Source: a virus. From it: a stretch of DNA of 64,000 bases. Below are positions 61,193-64,000 of this stretch, in pieces. The first letter of the stretch is position 1; each line of letters begins with the position of its first letter. Both the position numbers and the translations under genes were made by a program. The notes under the pieces are model-generated. The model searched no databases. It saw nothing but the letters and a program-made list of their open reading frames with translations, and was not told the origin of the DNA. The stretch is from positions 33,039 through 97,038 of IMG/VR virus record IMGVR_UViG_3300021963_006848; one strand, 5' to 3'.

Positions 61193-62908
61193 TTAACCAT
61201 CACAAGCTACACAATCTTCTGCAGTTCTACTACCAATGTCTCCGTTAATTACAGAATCTGTTCTTAGATAATATAAGGTTTTTATACCTAACTTCCAAGC
61301 CGTCTGGTGAACTAAGTTGATAAATCTTGGACTATCAGTTGGATCGAATGCTAAGTTTAAAGACTGAGTCTGATCGATATACTGCTGACGTATTGCAGCT
61401 TGTTCTACCAACTGTAGCTGGTTAATTTCAGCAAATGTTAAGAAGATTGGTTTATCCTCTGCAGGCATAACATCTTCTGGTAAATTTGCAATAGAACCTC
61501 TATCTTTCATAATCTGGTCCCATACTTCTTCTGTATTATGACCTCTTTCTAATAAATAGTTTTCTAGTTCAGGATTTTTACGAATAAAAGTTCCCTTTCC
61601 TGAATTAAATGTGTAGATATTCGCCGGTAATGGTTCAATACCTGCTGATACACCTCCTGATATAGTTGAATTTGAAACTGTTGGTGCAATTGCAAGTAAG
61701 TGGGTATTTCTCATACCTGTACCCTTACACCATACTGGTTCTCCATATTCATCAGCTAACTTTCTAGAAGCAGCTTCTGCTTGTGTTTTAATTTGAGAAA
61801 ATATCTGATGTGTAAAGCTATTTGCAGCAATACTAATAAAAGGTATCTTCTTTTGTTGTAATAATGTATGCCAGCCTAAAACTCCTAGTCCAATAGCTCT
61901 TCCTTTCTTAGCTGAACGATGTGCTCTGATTAAAGACTCTTTTCCGTTAGTCTTCACTAAAAACTCTTCCATTACTCCATCTAAGAAGTAGATTGCAGTT
62001 TCAATTAAATCAGTAGATTTCCATTCATCCCATTTAGCTAAGTTAACCGAGCTCAAGCAGCAAATAAAACTATGCTCTTCGTCAGTATGTAGAGTAATCT
62101 CTGAACATATATTAGTCATTGTAACTTCTAAATTATTCTTAATATATGCCGGAGGGTTAGCATTATTTACATTATCTTTAAACATAATATAAGGTTCCCC
62201 TGTCTCAACTCTAGCCTTTAGTATTTCTACCCAGACTTCCATTGCCTCAGGGTCTCTACGCTCGATCTTTTGCATAAAGTTATCATCCACTACAACGCAT
62301 TGATGTAGGTTTAGACACTGTCTATTCGGATCTCCTTTAGGTCGTCTAATCTGTAAAAATTCTTTAATATCTGGATGGTTAATATCTAGGTTTACGGAAG
62401 CCGCTCCTCTTCGAACTGCTCCTTGATTTGTTGCAATAATAGTAGAATCATAAATCTTAGCCCAAGGAATAACTCCTTCTGACTGTCCTAGATCTCCGTT
62501 ACCAATTTTGGAACCTCTTCCTCTGATTTTGGAAAGACCAATACCTACACCACCTCCTAAAGAAGTCAATCTCATCAATTCAGCATTTGTTAATCCAATA
62601 CCTCTAATAGAATCTGGAGTATCAATACCAAAGCAGGAAATAGGTAGTCCTTTGTCTGTACCCGTGTTAGATAAAACTGGAGAAGCTAAATTCAACCAAC
62701 CTTTCCACATATACTTAAAAAACTTGGCAGCTAAATCAGGTCGATCTAATCTTGCTGCAACTGTATCTGATACTCTCTTATATGCTTTTCGAGGAGTCTC
62801 TCCTGGAAGGAGGTATCCTTTAGATATTGTTGATAAAGAAATTTCGTTCATCCATTCAGGATAATCTTTTCCTGCTTCCCAGGCGGAAGTATCTACTTGT
62901 AGTGCCAT
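61193..62908 (-). CDS. nrdA: ribonucleotide reductase class I alpha subunit, no ATP cone
   Basis: ISCF, GGGVG, TNICSEI, APT, KTLYY, C-terminal CVAC. Confidence 0.95.
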   Translation of the reverse strand: MALQVDTSAWEAGKDYPEWMNEISLSTISKGYLLPGETPRKAYKRVSDTVAARLDRPDLAAKFFKYMWKGWLNLASPVLSNTGTDKGLPISCFGIDTPDSIRGIGLTNAELMRLTSLGGGVGIGLSKIRGRGSKIGNGDLGQSEGVIPWAKIYDSTIIATNQGAVRRGAASVNLDINHPDIKEFLQIRRPKGDPNRQCLNLHQCVVVDDNFMQKIERRDPEAMEVWVEILKARVETGEPYIMFKDNVNNANPPAYIKNNLEVTMTNICSEITLHTDEEHSFICCLSSVNLAKWDEWKSTDLIETAIYFLDGVMEEFLVKTNGKESLIRAHRSAKKGRAIGLGVLGWHTLLQQKKIPFISIAANSFTHQIFSQIKTQAEAASRKLADEYGEPVWCKGTGMRNTHLLAIAPTVSNSTISGGVSAGIEPLPANIYTFNSGKGTFIRKNPELENYLLERGHNTEEVWDQIMKDRGSIANLPEDVMPAEDKPIFLTFAEINQLQLVEQAAIRQQYIDQTQSLNLAFDPTDSPRFINLVHQTAWKLGIKTLYYLRTDSVINGDIGSRTAEDCVACDG

Positions 62909-62930
62909 TATGTAATTTAATTAAATGTTT

Positions 62931-63908
62931 TTAAAATGCTTTTGACCAATCCATATGACCTTTAGAGTAGTTTGTTACTCTACTTGCAAAAAAGTCTGTA
63001 TGCTGTTTGCCTGCAATTACTGCATCAAACCACTTCATTGTCTTTAATGCTCCTGCATCAATCTGGTCAGAAGGGATCAAAGGTTTTAAGCCTAGATCTC
63101 CCATTTTAGTATTAACCCTATGTTTAATAAAGTTTTTAAGATCATCTTTAGATAAATTCTCTAGATCTCCTAATTCAAAAACTTTATCGATAAAATCAAA
63201 CTCTAATTTTAAAGCTAAGTGAGCTGCTGTTTCGATTTCACCTTGTAACTTTTCTGTATTAATCTCTGGGTACTCTGAAAGTAGTTGACGGAATAACCAA
63301 CAACCTGCTTCTGAGTGAAGAGATTCATCTCGTACGGACCATTCTACAATCTGTCCAATACCTTTCAATTTATTTCTCATCTTAAACGATAATAATACCG
63401 CGAAAGAAGAAAATAAATTAACTCCTTCAGTAAATGCTGAGAAGATAGCTAAAGATTTAGCTCGTTCATGCCAATCTGGAGTACCGTCATGACTATCTCT
63501 AACATTCATTAGAGATTCAATCTTTGCTTTAGTAGCTTCGTCTTCTAAGAATTCTGCAAAGTTATCTAAACCTAACTGCTCGTTAAGTAGAGAATAAGCT
63601 TCTGCATGTATAGTTTCAAAAGATCCAAAAGTAACACCCATCATAATAACCTCAGGCTTTCTAAACCAGCTAGTTACTAGTCCTGTCCAGTAATCGTTAA
63701 CTACCGTCTCAGTCTGAGCAAAGCCTTTTAATATACCGCCGACTACATTCTTCTCGTGATCTTTTAGATTAGATTTCCAATCTGTAACATCTTGTGCCAT
63801 TGGTACTTCTGTGTGTAGCCAATGAGCCTGTTGTTGCTTTAACCAATAATCATACGCCTTTGGGTATTCAAATGGTTTATAAACAACTCTTTCATCTCTT
63901 AGTCCCAT
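62931..63908 (-). CDS. nrdB: ribonucleotide reductase class I beta subunit
   Basis: KPFEYP, W...EV, E..H...Y, EG..LFSSF, DESLH, HTDFF. Confidence 0.95.
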   Translation of the reverse strand: MGLRDERVVYKPFEYPKAYDYWLKQQQAHWLHTEVPMAQDVTDWKSNLKDHEKNVVGGILKGFAQTETVVNDYWTGLVTSWFRKPEVIMMGVTFGSFETIHAEAYSLLNEQLGLDNFAEFLEDEATKAKIESLMNVRDSHDGTPDWHERAKSLAIFSAFTEGVNLFSSFAVLLSFKMRNKLKGIGQIVEWSVRDESLHSEAGCWLFRQLLSEYPEINTEKLQGEIETAAHLALKLEFDFIDKVFELGDLENLSKDDLKNFIKHRVNTKMGDLGLKPLIPSDQIDAGALKTMKWFDAVIAGKQHTDFFASRVTNYSKGHMDWSKAF

Positions 63909-63929
63909 AGTATATTTTTAGTGTGTTAA

Positions 63930-63975
63930 ATAATAAAATCCCCGGTTGAGTTTAGCAGAAAATGCTTCCGGGGAT
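63930..63975 (-). terminator. hairpin with U-rich tail in the nrdB leader
   Basis: ATCCCCGG...CCGGGGAT followed by TTTATT. Confidence 0.45.
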
Positions 63976-64000
63976 GTAGAAATAAATAGCATCTTCCTCT

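Noticed and set aside
146-63222. All plus-strand ORFs in the track (e.g. 1267-1698, 18460-18840, 39080-39529, 48677-49261)
   Set aside because: They are antisense shadows of well-supported minus-strand genes or RNA genes, with no motifs of their own
20710-63908. Introns or inteins in polA, nrdA or nrdB
   Set aside because: The ORFs are continuous and of normal or short length, with no splicing or homing-endonuclease motifs
1-64000. Eukaryotic giant virus or bacterial chromosome as the source
   Set aside because: tmRNA, GroES/EL, holin-endolysin and Bacteroidota promoters argue against a eukaryotic virus; single-strand dense packing, PolA without a 5' nuclease, the lysis cassette and the lack of core housekeeping operons argue against a chromosome
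1-64000. Stop-codon reassignment
   Set aside because: Conserved genes are full length under code 11, TAA, TAG and TGA all end genes, and no suppressor tRNA was seen

Overview
A 64 kb, AT-rich segment of a large lytic bacteriophage. All credible genes are on the minus strand. The host is very likely Bacteroidota (Flavobacterium-like), based on about 12 TTG-N20-TAnnTT promoters, Gln directly after seven signal peptides, and a Bacteroidota-style lipoprotein. From left to right: (1) a glycosyltransferase island with a NeuB/NeuA/HAD nonulosonate pathway (0.8-12.3 kb); (2) a PD-(D/E)XK nuclease and lysis cassette; (3) groEL, groES and hsp20; (4) a family A DNA polymerase next to a 7-deazaguanine DNA-modification cluster (queF, kinase, formyltransferase, DpdA-like, MazG-like, folE, PRTase, queE, queD, with queC further right), with two identical preQ1-I-like riboswitch candidates; (5) an RNA-gene region with five tRNAs, a tmRNA with a 24-aa tag, a ~850-nt GOLLD-like RNA, a 169-nt tRNA-like RNA and two small structured RNAs; (6) an exported-protein module (CsgG-like, beta-barrel-like, lectin/cohesin-like proteins, lipoproteins); (7) three Pro/Thr/Ala-repeat proteins beside a prolyl-4-hydroxylase, an HPAT/SGT1-like + O-fucosyltransferase-like + GT60 fusion, further glycosyltransferases, a GDP-mannose epimerase and two carbamoyltransferases; (8) nrdA and nrdB. 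Block 7 is the best candidate for an undescribed system: a phage-encoded hydroxyproline-rich glycoprotein pathway of plant/protist type. All family calls come from motif recognition by eye, and no database searches were run.
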